Below are positions 37,023 to 48,830 of a stretch of DNA of 64,000 nt, in pieces; within the stretch, counting starts at the first letter, position 1, and every line of letters starts with the position of its first letter. The translations under genes were made by a program, and so were the position numbers. Location: the NCBI RefSeq assembly GCF_035594765.1, contig NW_026943821.1, positions 28,099,225 to 28,163,224 on the forward strand. Direction: 5' to 3'. The notes under the pieces were generated by a model that saw only the letters and a program-made list of their open reading frames with translations, made no database searches and was not told where the DNA came from. The DNA is from Anolis carolinensis (lineage: Eukaryota).

Positions 37023-37903
37023 TGCAAAAAAATGTGATGGAAAAATACCGAAGTCGGATTTGGCTCCATTTTCATTCTGAGTGGAGGCCCAGAATTTAGT
37101 TTCATTGCTATGTAAGATCAGATAATATGAATGGCACTGTAGTCACCTGCAATAGCTGTGGTTTATCTATGTATTGACAGAGTGTGTAGTTAGCTATCCT
37201 GGATGAGGAGCACGTCTGAGGAGGACGAGAGGGAGACATTTAAAGAAGGGCTTGGGATTATTCTGTCATTTGGAAGCTACAGAATCTATTTGAAACTCTC
37301 CCTGATTAGTGATGGCCAATGAACAGCATTAAGAGAAGGATTCATCACGTGGAATAACCCCTGACAGTCCTCATAGGAGACATGTGCCGGTTGAAGAAGA
37401 CTCCTCACTGAGTGGAACGCAAGCCGTGGTTTGTGGGCCTGATAGAGGTTGCTATCCCCCGAGGCAAAAATACCTGTAGTGTCACAAAGAGGCTGGAAAA
37501 ACCCATGAAGCCCACTGACCATCACCCTTTCCTTTTGGTCCACATGGAATCCAATGTCACTGCAAGGCATAACCTTCAAGAGATCACAAGGCATTAGGAG
37601 GCTCCGGGTTGGAAGCTGAAGGATGCTGATGCATAAGTTATCATTTGTTTCACCTCCCAGGTGTAAGCACTTAGAAAAGAATGCCAGATTAACCTAATCT
37701 CTCTCTTTTTATAGAGTTACAAGCATGGTAGATGAAGGGAATGATATGTATGTGTATATCAAGCATATCTTCATTTCAGTAAGGTCTTTGATAAGATTCA
37801 CCAACTCCATGATTCTATGATCATTCAAAATATGATCCTGATTTTATGCATAATGTAATGTAATGTATGCAACGTGGACTATGCTATGAAACTGCGGTCC
37901 GTA

Positions 37904-37909
37904 TTTATT
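37904..37909 (-). terminator. FABP3 polyadenylation signal (alternative proximal AATAAA at 38001-38006)
   Basis: AATAAA on the minus strand 200-300 nt past the stop codon. Confidence 0.6.
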
Positions 37910-38202
37910 GGTCACCATCCCAATAAAACCTTAATGACAAGCACTTCCAAACACAGGCCGACACCACTTTTCAGACACGGCCGGGTAACCACAGCTTACG
38001 TTTATTACACTCCACATTGTTTTCCCACTTGTCAATAGTTTAAAAGTAGAAAATAAAATTGGGTTGCAAGGATAAGAAGCAGCTGGAAAGACCTTGGCAA
38101 CAGATGGATTCAAAAAAGGTGCAATCGAGATACAAAAACACGGAGGAAATCATACAGGCGATTTGGCAACGAATTCGTCATTGGATGACGAGCATTAAAA
38201 AT

Positions 38203-39077
38203 CTATACAGCTTTTTGATAGGTACGAGTGCAGATCACGTTGCCCATCGTCAGCGTCTGAAAGGCAAGCAAAGATAGTATATGTATATTTAAAACCTTTA
38301 CTAATGAAAACATTCATCTGAATGCACCTGTAGACATTTGCAAATGGGAGAAAATTCTCATTAAGAAAAAGGTGCTGTTTATAATATGCAATAATATATC
38401 ATAACATAATATATTGTATATACATATAATATTGCTAATAATATAATGTAATACAATAAATATATAATACAATATAATAATATTAATTATATATTACAAG
38501 TAATATTACTAATGATAGTACAGTATAGTGGTATAATACAATCTCACTGGGACATACTGGGAAGTCCCTGTGGGATTTGCAACAGACTGGAGCCCAGAGG
38601 TACATGCAGTTCCTGCGTTAGGTTATAGGTTACTCTAGTAGTAACCACCAGAAATGTACTTTGATCATCTCACCAAAATGAGTTTCTCGTCTTTCAGTTC
38701 TCGAATGAGCGAGGTCTCCTTTTCTTCCCATTTCTGCACGTGAACAAGTCTTCCACCATCTAACGTCACAAGAGACTTGAGAGAGAGAGAGGAAAAAAAA
38801 CACAAGCTCATTCAATTGCTCTGAGAATTGGAGAAATAGACTAGGAATGGGAAACTCTTGTCTCTGAAATTTTTTGGTTTGCTATTCGTATAGTAATTGC
38901 CATTGTCCAAAACATCTGAAAGAAAGAAAGCTATTAATGGTTTATAGAAAAAGAGCATTTACCCAAGACCGGCAAATGCGTAAGATCCTGCAGTGAATAC
39001 CCTTCTCATTCATTAGTGTTTTGCAAATAACATTGGTACGTGCATGCATTCTTTCTTCCAGGATATTTAGAGGCAAT

Positions 39078-39127
<50 letters not shown>

Positions 39128-42100
39128 TATACCCTGCTTTATCTTCTCTCGGACAACTTATTACACTTTCCTTGGCCTTTCCCCTCCATTCTCATGGGAT
39201 AAAAGAGTGGAAATGAAATGAAACACCAAGGCACATGGTGCTAATTTATTGCGAACAGGTGTCAGCGACATGGTCGAGTGCTGGCAAGGCGTGCTGCTCG
39301 CCACCGATGACGCCACTTCCAGTGTCATGGCACTTTGCCACAATCCTCGGCCGGGCTCCGCTGCTGCCGCTACAATCCTGGAAACAGCCATGGTGCCCCC
39401 CCCTTCCTGCCTCCCTCCCTCCACAAAGCTGAGAGATAACAGGCATGAAAGATAAGCTACCACTGAGTGCTAACAAGTACTTTCCGTCTAGCTCTGCTCT
39501 CTCCCTCGGATGGCTTTTGAATCAATTAGAAATGAGTCATTTTTGAATAAGTGGACCTGGCGAGAGTGCTGGCTTATTTGTCTCTGCCTTCATCTGTTGG
39601 TTAGCATTACTTGCATTCATATCTCGTCTTTCATCCAGTGAGTTTAAGGTGGGTAGGCAGAAGCTAGGCTGATGGCGGGAGCTCACCCTGCCCGCGGCTT
39701 GAATTGCAGACCTTCTGGTTGGCAAGATCTTCTGTAGATGTGCTGTGCCGCTGCCCAATGAATGTTGTCAAATGCCTTCTCTGCATCCAAGAACATCATC
39801 ACTCCCTGCTGGTCTTCATGCGCCTGTAGATATTCTATAGCATTCTATACCATATGGTCCAGGCCTGGGCCAACTTTGGCCCTCCCTCTGGGTGTTTTGG
39901 ACTCCGACTCCCACCATTCCTAACAGCCAGTAGGCTGTCAATGTCACTGCTTTACAGCTTATTGTTTCATCTTGCATGGGAAATGTGTGATGGTTCCAAA
40001 AAGCCTTAGAAAGAATTTAAAAAGCATTGCAAGATAAAATCCATATAGGGTTGTTGTATGTCTTTTGGGCTGTGTGGCCATGTTCCAGAAGTATTCTCTC
40101 CTGACGTTTCGCCCACATCTATGGCAGGCATCCTCAGAGGTTGTGAGGTATGGAGAAACTAGGCAAGGAGAGGAAAAAATATATATCTGTGGAAAGTCCA
40201 GGGTGTGTCAGTTGGAAGCTAGCATTAATGTTTCAGTTAATCACCCTAATTAGCATTGGAAAGGTTTGTCTCTTGCCTGAGGGGGCATCCTTTGTTCAGT
40301 CATTAGCCTGGACTCTCCACAGATATATATTTTTTCCTTGCCTTGCCTAGTTTAACCATGCCTCAACACCTCTGAGGATGCCTGCCACAGATGTGGGCGA
40401 AACACCAGGAGAGAATACTTCTGGAACATGGCCACACAGCCCGAAAGACATACAACAACCCTGTGATCCCGGCCATGAAAGCCTTCGACAACACAAAAAC
40501 CATATAATAGGAAGGCTGGGATTGAAAGGGGTAACTTGTTTTTTAAATGCAGTTTTGGGCTATTAATCTGATAGGGAATGTTAAAGGAAGAAAGGTTAAA
40601 AGACAGCCTTTCCTGGAGCTTCTGAGGGTTAAATGGCAGCCCTCTCTGTCCCTAAATGAGAGAAAGAAAACTGCTTATGTGTAATTTACCTTGGATAAAA
40701 TCCCAGTGATGAAGTGGTGGAACAGTCGTGTCACCAGCCTCACGAGGGCCATGGAAACCTCTCATTGGCTCCCCATCCCAAGCAAGTGTGTGCAAAATTA
40801 CTGACAAGCTGCACACTTGACCTCCAAAGTCACTCAGCGGGGCTGGCGGGCCGCCAGAGGACAAACAGTGAGAGGAGCACATGCCCGGCCTGGGCCAGGA
40901 GGGCTGGAGGCCGGCTGGAAGGAGGAGCATCTCAGGACAGGACGGGGCCAGCCGGGCACAAGGGCCAGGGGGCTGGGCTGGAACTTGGGCAGAATCATGG
41001 AAGAGACCCCGTGGGCCATCTAGTCCAACCCCCTTCCGCCATGCGGGAAAAGCACCATCAAAGCACCCCCAACAGATGGCCATCCAGGCTCAATATCAAT
41101 GGCAATAATAATAATAATAGAGTCGGAAGAGACCCCATGGGCCATCTAGTCCAACCCCCTTCCGCCATGCGGGAAAACCATCAAAGCACCCCCAACAGAT
41201 GGCCATCCAGGCTCAATATCAATGGCAATAATAATAATAATAGAGTCGGAAGAGACCCCATGGGCCATCTAGTCCAACCCCCTTCCGCCATGCGGGAAAA
41301 GCACCATCAAAGCACCCCCAACAGATAGCCATCCAGGCTCAATATCAATGGCAATAATAATAATAGAGTTGGAAGAGACCCCATGGGCCATCTAGTCCAA
41401 CCCCCTTCCGCCATGCGGGAAAAGCACCATCAAAGCACCCCCAACAGATAGCCATCCAGGCTCAATATCAATGGCAATAATAATAGAGTCGGAAGAGACC
41501 CCATGGGCCATCTAGTCCAACCCCCTTCCGCCATGCGGGAAAAGCACCATCAAAGCACCCCCAACAGATAGCCATCCAGGCTCAATATCAATGGCAATAA
41601 TAATAATAATAGAGTCGGAAGAGACCCCATGGGCCATCTAGTCCAACCCCCTTCCGCCATGCGGGAAAAGCACCATCAAAGCACCCCCAACAGATGGCCA
41701 TCCAGGCTCAATATCAATGGCAATAATAATAAAAATGTCGGAAGAGACCCCGTGGGCCATCTAGTCCAACCCCCTTCTGCCATGCGGGAAAAGCACCATC
41801 AAAGCACCCCTGTTGATGTCACTGGATGCAGAGAAGACATTTGATAACATTCACTGGATTTTTATAGGTAGGCTGGTGGGAATGGTGGGAGTTGGAGTCC
41901 AGAACACCTGGAGGGAGGGAGGGCCCAAGTTGGCCCAGGCCTGGTCTGTGCCATTTAAAGCCATGGCAATGGGAACTGTTTGTTCAGGATCTGATAACAA
42001 GAGAGGGCCCTTTCACGACACTTTTGCAGAACTCCAAGTGAGAATCGGGCAGCGCCTGCTCAACTAGCCTTGGCGCCCAAGCCCATCTCTTTCTTACCTT

Positions 42101-43855
42101 GACGTGCCTGTCGTCGGCTGTCGTTTCGTCAAATTCCTCTCCCAGTTGGAAGCTGATCTCGGTGCTCTTGAAGGTGCTCTGGGTTTTCACGGTGACCTTG
42201 TCCCCCGCGACCTCAATGATGGTCGTAGGCTTGGTCAGGTTCGCAATCTGCCTCGTGGCAAAGCCCACGCCTGACGGAGACAAAATACAAACACAACTGC
42301 CGCCATAAGTGTCCTAAAAACACTCGGGATGAATAATTTATTTTTAACCAAGCAAATAAATAGGATACATCATCCATAATTAACAGCTACAAATACCTTG
42401 GTGGTTTATTTATTATTTTCATCCATTTTTTCTCTCTCCGCAGTAATCTTTCTCGGCAGAAAGGCTCCATCGGAGAGGAAAGAACTGGGGAAACAACCGA
42501 GTTTGCCTTGATTAAGAAAACACAATGAAATCCATGGAGTTACCGAAGGGTGAGAGGTGACTGGGTGCACCAATAACATGGATGTACACAGGTGGCAGGA
42601 CCTCAAATAGGTACATTACATCTGCTGAATTCACCTGATAATGCAATTTCTCTTAGGGATAATGCTTTATGGTTGATGTTCTTGGATGCAGAGACGGCAT
42701 TTGATAACATTCATTGGACTATTCTAGATAGGCTGTTAGGAATGGTGGGAGTTGCAGTCCAAAACACCCGGAGGGAGAGCCGAAGTTGGCCCAGGTCTGG
42801 AATATATGGTACAGAATACCATAGAACACCTGGCTCTTTACCAGAGCTTTTAATCTATGTTAATTTTTATCAATATTTGTATGTATGTATTTTTATCCTT
42901 TACTATTTTATCTTGTAAATCGCCTAGAGCATCTTGGATGGAGGGCGATTAATAAGTAATTAAATGATGATGATGATGATGATGATGAAGTTGCAGTCCA
43001 AAACACCCGGAGGGAGCCGAAGTTGGCCCAGGTCTGGAATATATGGTACAGAATACTATAGAACATCTATAGAAGCATGAAGAGCAGCAATGAGTGATAA
43101 TGTTCTTGGATGCAGAGAAGGCATTTGATAACATTCATTGGACTTTTATGGATAGGCTGTTAGGAATGGTGGGAGCTGGAGTCCAAAACACCCGGAGGGA
43201 GCCGAAGTTGGCCCAGGTCTGGAATATATGGTACAGAATACTATAGAACACCTATAGAAGCATGAAGAGCAGCAAGGGGTGATGATGTTCTTGGATGCAG
43301 AGAAGGCATTTGATAACATTCATTGGACTTTTATGGATAGGCTGTTAGGAATGGTGGGAGCTGGAGTCCAAAACACCCGGAGGGAGCCGAAGTTGGCCCA
43401 GGTCTGGAATATATGGTACAGAATACTATAGAACATCTATAGAAGCATGAAGAGCAGCAATGAGTGATAATGTTCTTGGATGCAGAGAAGGCATTTGATA
43501 ACATTTATAGGAATTGTATAGATAGGCTGTTAGGAATGGTGGGAGCTGGAGTCCAAAACACCTGGCGGGAGAGCCCAAGTCTGCCTGGTCAAAGGTCTGG
43601 AAAAAGCTGGTCTTGGAGGGAGGGTGGTCAGTCCTTGGCCAGAGAAAGGCGGGCGAAGAAGGCGGCGAGGAGGGGGGGAGGGGGGGGGGCAAGCGGGAAA
43701 TGCCTTCCTTGCATCGCGGTGCTCTCGCCCTGCAGGGAGGGGGGGGGGGAGGGAGGGAGGGGGCGGCTGCCAGTCCTCGGGAGGGTGGGAGAGACTCCCC
43801 TTCCCATGTGGCCGTGGGCAGGAAGGGGCCACGATGGGAGATGGAGTGCGAGAGG

Positions 43856-43895
<40 letters not shown>

Positions 43896-44053
43896 GGGAG
43901 AGGGAGAGACAGGGAGAGAGAGCCCCCCCCTCCCTTGGCAAGACCCGCCCTGGGCATCCCCCCCCCCCCCCCGCCCTCACCGATGGCTTTCATGTAGTCG
44001 TCGAACCCGTTGCTGTCCAGCAGGTTCCAGGTGCCCGCGAAGGCTTCGGCCAT
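38203..44053 (-). CDS. FABP3: Heart-type fatty acid binding protein, 4 exons, 133 aa
   Basis: Exons 44053-43981 (73 nt), 42270-42098 (173), 38775-38674 (102), 38256-38203 (54), the classic FABP layout. Translation [32 protein letters not shown]...TKPTTII...TRTYQKAV*. Neighbouring ZCCHC17 and SERINC2 support FABP3 rather than FABP7. Confidence 0.97.
40048..40495. mobile_element. Penelope-like element, inverted arrangement, with intact hammerhead motif on the minus strand (40100-40140)
   Basis: Inverted terminal copies at about 40048-40190 and 40320-40460; the plus-strand copy has lost its GUC. Confidence 0.75.
40990..41810 (-). repeat. Tandem array of 7 CR1 3'-end units, FABP3 intron 2
   Basis: Unit ggaagagaccccatgggccatctagtccaacccccttccgccatgcgggaaaagcaccatcaaagcacccccaacagat..(aat)n, period about 120-126 nt. 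Confidence 0.9.
42670..43590 (+). repeat. 185-nt composite tandem repeat (LINE RT fragment plus MITE half), FABP3 intron 1
   Basis: atgttcttggatgcagagaaggcatttgataac at 43100, 43285 and 43470, with a variant near 42677; translates [12 protein letters not shown]. Confidence 0.85.
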
Positions 44054-44188
44054 GGCCTCCGGCGCCCGGGTCTTCCTTCCTCCCTTCCTTCCTTCTCCGC
44101 CAATGGGCGAGGCGAGGCGGGCGGGTGGAGGGATGGATGATGGCTGTCGGTCTGTCTGGAGGCTCCTCTGCCCAGGCGCGCTCAGCCG

Positions 44189-44198
44189 CTTTAAATAG
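44189..44198 (-). promoter_or_regulatory. FABP3 atypical TATA / MEF2-like element CTATTTAAAG
   Basis: Only A/T-rich box in the GC-rich promoter, about 135 nt upstream of the ATG. Confidence 0.7.
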
Positions 44199-44552
44199 CT
44201 CGGGCGGATCACATGTGAGAGCGAGGGAGGGAGGGAGGGAGGGAGGGAGGGAGGGGGGAAGAGAGAGAGCTCTCTCTCTCCGCACGTGGCCGGCCCCCCT
44301 CCCCCCTCCCCACGAAACACGCGTGAATGCGCGCCCCCCCCCCCCCCCCCCACTCCGCCCCGGCAGCCGCAGGTGCCAAACCCACCGCTGGCGGGAGTCC
44401 CACCACCATGCACCGCCTGCGGATTTTTCCGGGCTGCCTGGCCATGTTCCAGAAGCAGCATTCTCTCCTGTCGTTTCGCCCACATCTATGGCAGGACTCC
44501 TCAGGTTGTGAGGTGTCCGTTAGAAACGAGGCAAGTCGGGCCTATATATCTA

Positions 44553-45005
44553 TCTATATATATAAATGAGTGATGGCATCACGGCGACCCACAAAACAAC
44601 AAAACTACAGGCCCCCAACCTCGAAATTTGACAACAAACCCATCATCCACGGCTCTAGGTTGATACAACAAAAAGAAAAGAAAAACAAAGTCCTAATTAG
44701 AGGGAGAGGAATAATTGCTTTTATCCAATTGCTGCCAGTTAGAAGGCTAAGCTCCTCCAACTTGGTCTCCTAGCAACCCAAGAAAAAATAATAAAAAACA
44801 CACAAAAATTGATACAATAAAATACTATAATAACAGAAAATATCTAAAAATAATACAAGAAAATAATAAAATATAATAAATAAAAAGATAACTTACAATA
44901 AAATTAATAAAAAAATGCAAATAACGTCAAATAAAAATTACACAACAATTTTTAACCAATACCACCACCACTTTGCCACAGCAACGCGTGGCCGGGCACA
45001 GCTAG
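44553..45005 (+). mobile_element. Non-autonomous Helitron
   Basis: TC start, 3' hairpin and CTAG end; same termini as the 15998 copy. Confidence 0.78.
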
Positions 45006-45031
45006 TATATATATATATATACACATACATA

Positions 45032-45354
45032 CAGTAGAGTCTCACTTATCCAACATAAACGGGCCGGCAGAATGTTGGATAAGCGAATATGTTGGATAAT
45101 AAGGAAATATTAAGAAGAAGCCTATTAAACATCAAAATAGGTTATGATTTTACAAATTAAGCACCAAAACATCATGTTATACAACAAATTTGACAGAAAA
45201 ATTAGTTCATTACACATCAATGCTATGTAGTAATTACTGTATTTACGAATTTAGCACCAAAATATCACAATGCATTGGAAACATTGACTACAAAAATGCG
45301 TTGGATAATCCAGAACGTTGGGTAAGTGAGTGTTGGATAAGTGAGACTCTACTG
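45032..45354. mobile_element. Tc1/mariner-type MITE
   Basis: TIR cagtagagtctcacttatccaac / gttggataagtgagactctactg with TA flanks. Confidence 0.85.
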
Positions 45355-45679
45355 TATATGTATATGTATATATGGATGGGAAACATGGATGGATGTAGGA
45401 ATGGTGGGAGTTGCAGTCCCAAACACCTGGCGGGAGGGCCCAAGTTCAGCTGGGCTGAAGCAATCTATCTGTGGCACAATTTTACCCTCTGAATGTTTAC
45501 TTGTTATTATGGTCCTGTAGTTTTAATTCTGTTGATGTGTTTTATTGTTTTATGTCGTTATAATGTTTTTAATGGATTGTTCTGTGTTTTAACTTGTGTT
45601 GTTGGGCCTGTCCCCGTGTGAGCCGCCCCAAGTCCCTTCAGGAGATGGAGGCGGGATACAAAAATGAAGTAACAGTTAT

Positions 45680-45781
45680 TATTATTATTATATTATGACA
45701 CAGCAAACAAGATAGACATGTTGGATTTCGTATCACAAAATCACAAGTCGAACACTTCCCAAGTGTCTAGGACTGTGTGAT

Positions 45782-45824
<43 letters not shown>

Positions 45825-45950
45825 TACTACTATTATTATTACTATTATTATTATTATTATATTATGACACAGCAAACAAGATAGATATGCTGGATTTCGT
45901 ATCACAAAATCACAAGTCGAACACTTCCCAAGTGTCTAGGACTGTGTGAT

Positions 45951-45990
<40 letters not shown>

Positions 45991-46128
45991 TATTACTATT
46001 ATTACTATTATTATTATTATTACTATTATTATTATTATATTATGACACAGAAAACAAGATAGACATGCTGGATTTCGTATCACAAAATCACAAGTCGAAC
46101 ACTTCCCAAGTGTCTAGGACTGTGTGAT

Positions 46129-46176
<48 letters not shown>

Positions 46177-46416
46177 CTATTATTACTATTATGACTATTA
46201 TGACTATTATTATATTATGACACAGAAAACAAGATAGACATGCTGGATTTCATATCACAAAATCACAAGTCGAACACTTCCCAAGTGTCTAGGACTGTGT
46301 GATGTATTTTCGGATGATGCGTGCAGATCCCAGTCGGGTGGCCTTTTGCAGTTGGCAGATCGTGATTTTGTCAATGTCTATTGTTTCCAAATGCCGGCTG
46401 AGATCTTTTGGCATGG

Positions 46417-46482
<66 letters not shown>
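45680..46482 (-). repeat. Tandem array of four R4/Dong 3' ends separated by (TAT)n
   Basis: gacacagcaaacaagatagacatgctggatttcgtatcacaaaatcacaagtcgaacacttcccaagtgtctaggactgtgtgatgta repeated 4 times; the last copy extends into the ORF end ITICQLQKATRLGSARIIRKYITQS. Confidence 0.85.
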
Positions 46483-48127
46483 GATAGCAAACCGTGCAGC
46501 CCAAGCTGAGCTGGAGAAGCAGGGGGTTGTCTTCCACTTGATCCTAAGGAGCCCAGGACAGCAGGCAAGGCAAACAGGAACTCTCTGGAGCTTCTCTTGC
46601 TGGGTGTGTTGTGTGAAGAGGAAAACAGAGGGGAAAGTTGCTTGAGCCCCTCCCTCCCTCGCACATTGAAAAAACACATGGGTTTGTTGCGCTGCCCAGG
46701 AACACGACACTTCATTAACTGAGCTATACCTGTAAGCGTAATTCACACATGACCTGTCCTGGCTCAGCAAGGAATCTGGGCTCCCAATGGCACACTGACT
46801 GAGGGTGCGTCTACATCAGGCCTGGGCCAACTGCGGCCTTCCCTCCCAGTGCTTTGGACTACAACTCCCACCATTCCTGACCGTTGTGGGAAGGAGGGGG
46901 GCATAACAGCGGGGGTGAGCAAGTGTCGGGACAAAGATCCCGTCCCCTTCCTGCCTGCGTCCGCTCCGTCCACCCGTGGGCCCAGGGCCAGGCCGGGAAC
47001 GCGGCCCTGGAGGGATCAAACGGGTCAGTGGTGCAAAGTGACCTTACTGAGAGTGACCTGCTCCAGGAACTGGACCCTGGCAGACGGCCAGAGGCATGGC
47101 GGGAGCGAGATGGGACAAATCAGGTGACTGGAAAGAGAAAGCAGACCTGGTTCTGCTGATATGTTCTGAATAACCTGGAGTAGGTCAGCAAGCAATACGG
47201 GCTCCCAATGGCTTTAACAACAGCAGGATTAAAAAAGAAAGACTGGACTAATAGGTTTAAAGATAATGACAATAAGACCCCTTTTTTATATGGAAAGTGC
47301 ACCCATTTCTGGGGGGATTTTAAAAAGTAATTTAAGCAATGGATGTGACAGTAACAGAGATTAAAACCTGAATGTGATATAGTAAAGTATTATATCATAT
47401 TTTTTCCTTGCCATCCATATCACTCTCCTCTCTCTTGGCAATTTATTAGATATTTGTTAAGACTGATTAATTTCCTAACACTAATCCAAACACTCCGACC
47501 CTTCCCCGTGTCCCTACCATTCCCCTTGGAAAAAATCCTGGTAAGTTTATGTTGGTTACTTACAAGTGTTCTTTGTTATCCATATTGCATTGTTCTTTTG
47601 TGCTTTTTTTGCACCACAAATAAGATACATGCCGTGTGCACAGAAATTCGTTGAGTACAGTCTGCAGGACCATGTGCCGACCCTTGGCTTGAAACTCCAA
47701 TTGAAAATGTTTGATATTTTGCTGACACCCTCGAGTCCAAAATATCAGAGTATGGCTGTGTTTGAGAATGAGTTTTGGTTTGTAAGTCCAAATCCAGTTA
47801 ACTTATGACTTCTGCCCACTCTGGCCGCAGTTACCGTTTAACTGCCCGGACACCTGGACACCGTGATTACACCACGCGGCTGCTCAAGTGGCCTCGAGGA
47901 GGGAACGAATGGGCGGAAGTGGAGCAAAGGGCCTTCGGAACCGCACGGCTCAGCACATTTGGCACTGTGGGTGCGCATGATGGGGAATCCACCCAGCACA
48001 AGGCCCTGCAAATATTACCTTTCAAACTATTGCTCCAGAAACACCCAAACACCTTTGCATTATTTGCTTTGAACTGGTGTATATGGTTGTGTGGAAGGGC
48101 CCTAAAATAATCCAGTTCAAAATAATG

Positions 48128-48362
48128 TGGGTTGCTGTGAGTTTTCCAGGCCGTATGGCCATGCTCCAGAAGCATTCTTCCTGACGTTTCACCCACATCT
48201 ATGGCAGGCATCCTCAGAGGCTGAGGGATCTGTTGGAACCTTCTGAGGATGCCTGCCATAGATGTGGACGAAACATCAGGAGAGAATGCTTCTGGAACAT
48301 GGCCAGACAGCTTGAAAAAGTCACAGCAACCCAGTGATTCTGGCCACGAAAGCTTCAGCAAC
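48128..48362. mobile_element. Penelope-like inverted terminal fragments with two near-intact hammerhead motifs
   Basis: Minus-strand copy at 48180-48220 and plus-strand copy at 48240-48280. Confidence 0.7.
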
Positions 48363-48824
48363 AGATAATGTGAATTTTCTGCTTTGATAACCTGGATTAT
48401 CTGGCCTTAAGGTTTTCTGGAGGGACGAAGTTGGCCCATGCCTACGATTCAGCCTAGATTGTTTGTTCTGTTTTGTTCTTCTGTGGAGGTGAAAGGTAGG
48501 AATGGGACCCTCTTTGGGGGAATGGACTGAATCCTGGAGGGTCATCCTGCCATTCCAAGAGTCTCATGGAGAGAAGCCTGGCGCATGTGGCGACACCTGC
48601 TGACCGGAGACACACTGCGCATGGGGCTCCTTTTGGACTCCTTTTGGGAAACGTCTCTTTTCCCTTCTGTATTTGCTTTCTGTAAACAAACTGCTTTAGT
48701 TAGCGCACACTGGACTCTGTGTGGAGCTGGGTGACAAGGTGTTCCTTCCCGGGCTAGAGCGCAACAAACAGCAAATATTTGTAACAATAGTTCCCGAGTT
48801 TCCTTTGGTGGAGATCAGGATCAT

Positions 48825-48830
48825 TTTATT
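48825..48830 (-). terminator. Putative polyadenylation signal of the PKI-family gene
   Basis: First AATAAA I found downstream of the stop (about 1.5 kb), followed by GU-rich sequence. Confidence 0.5.

Noticed and set aside
39235-39480. Hidden exon or small gene in FABP3 intron 2
   Set aside because: Unique, fairly GC-rich sequence, but no recognisable homology or convincing splice pair; it could be an enhancer, which I cannot support.
40714-41328. 204-aa ORF with internal repeats
   Set aside because: Translation of the tandem CR1-end array.
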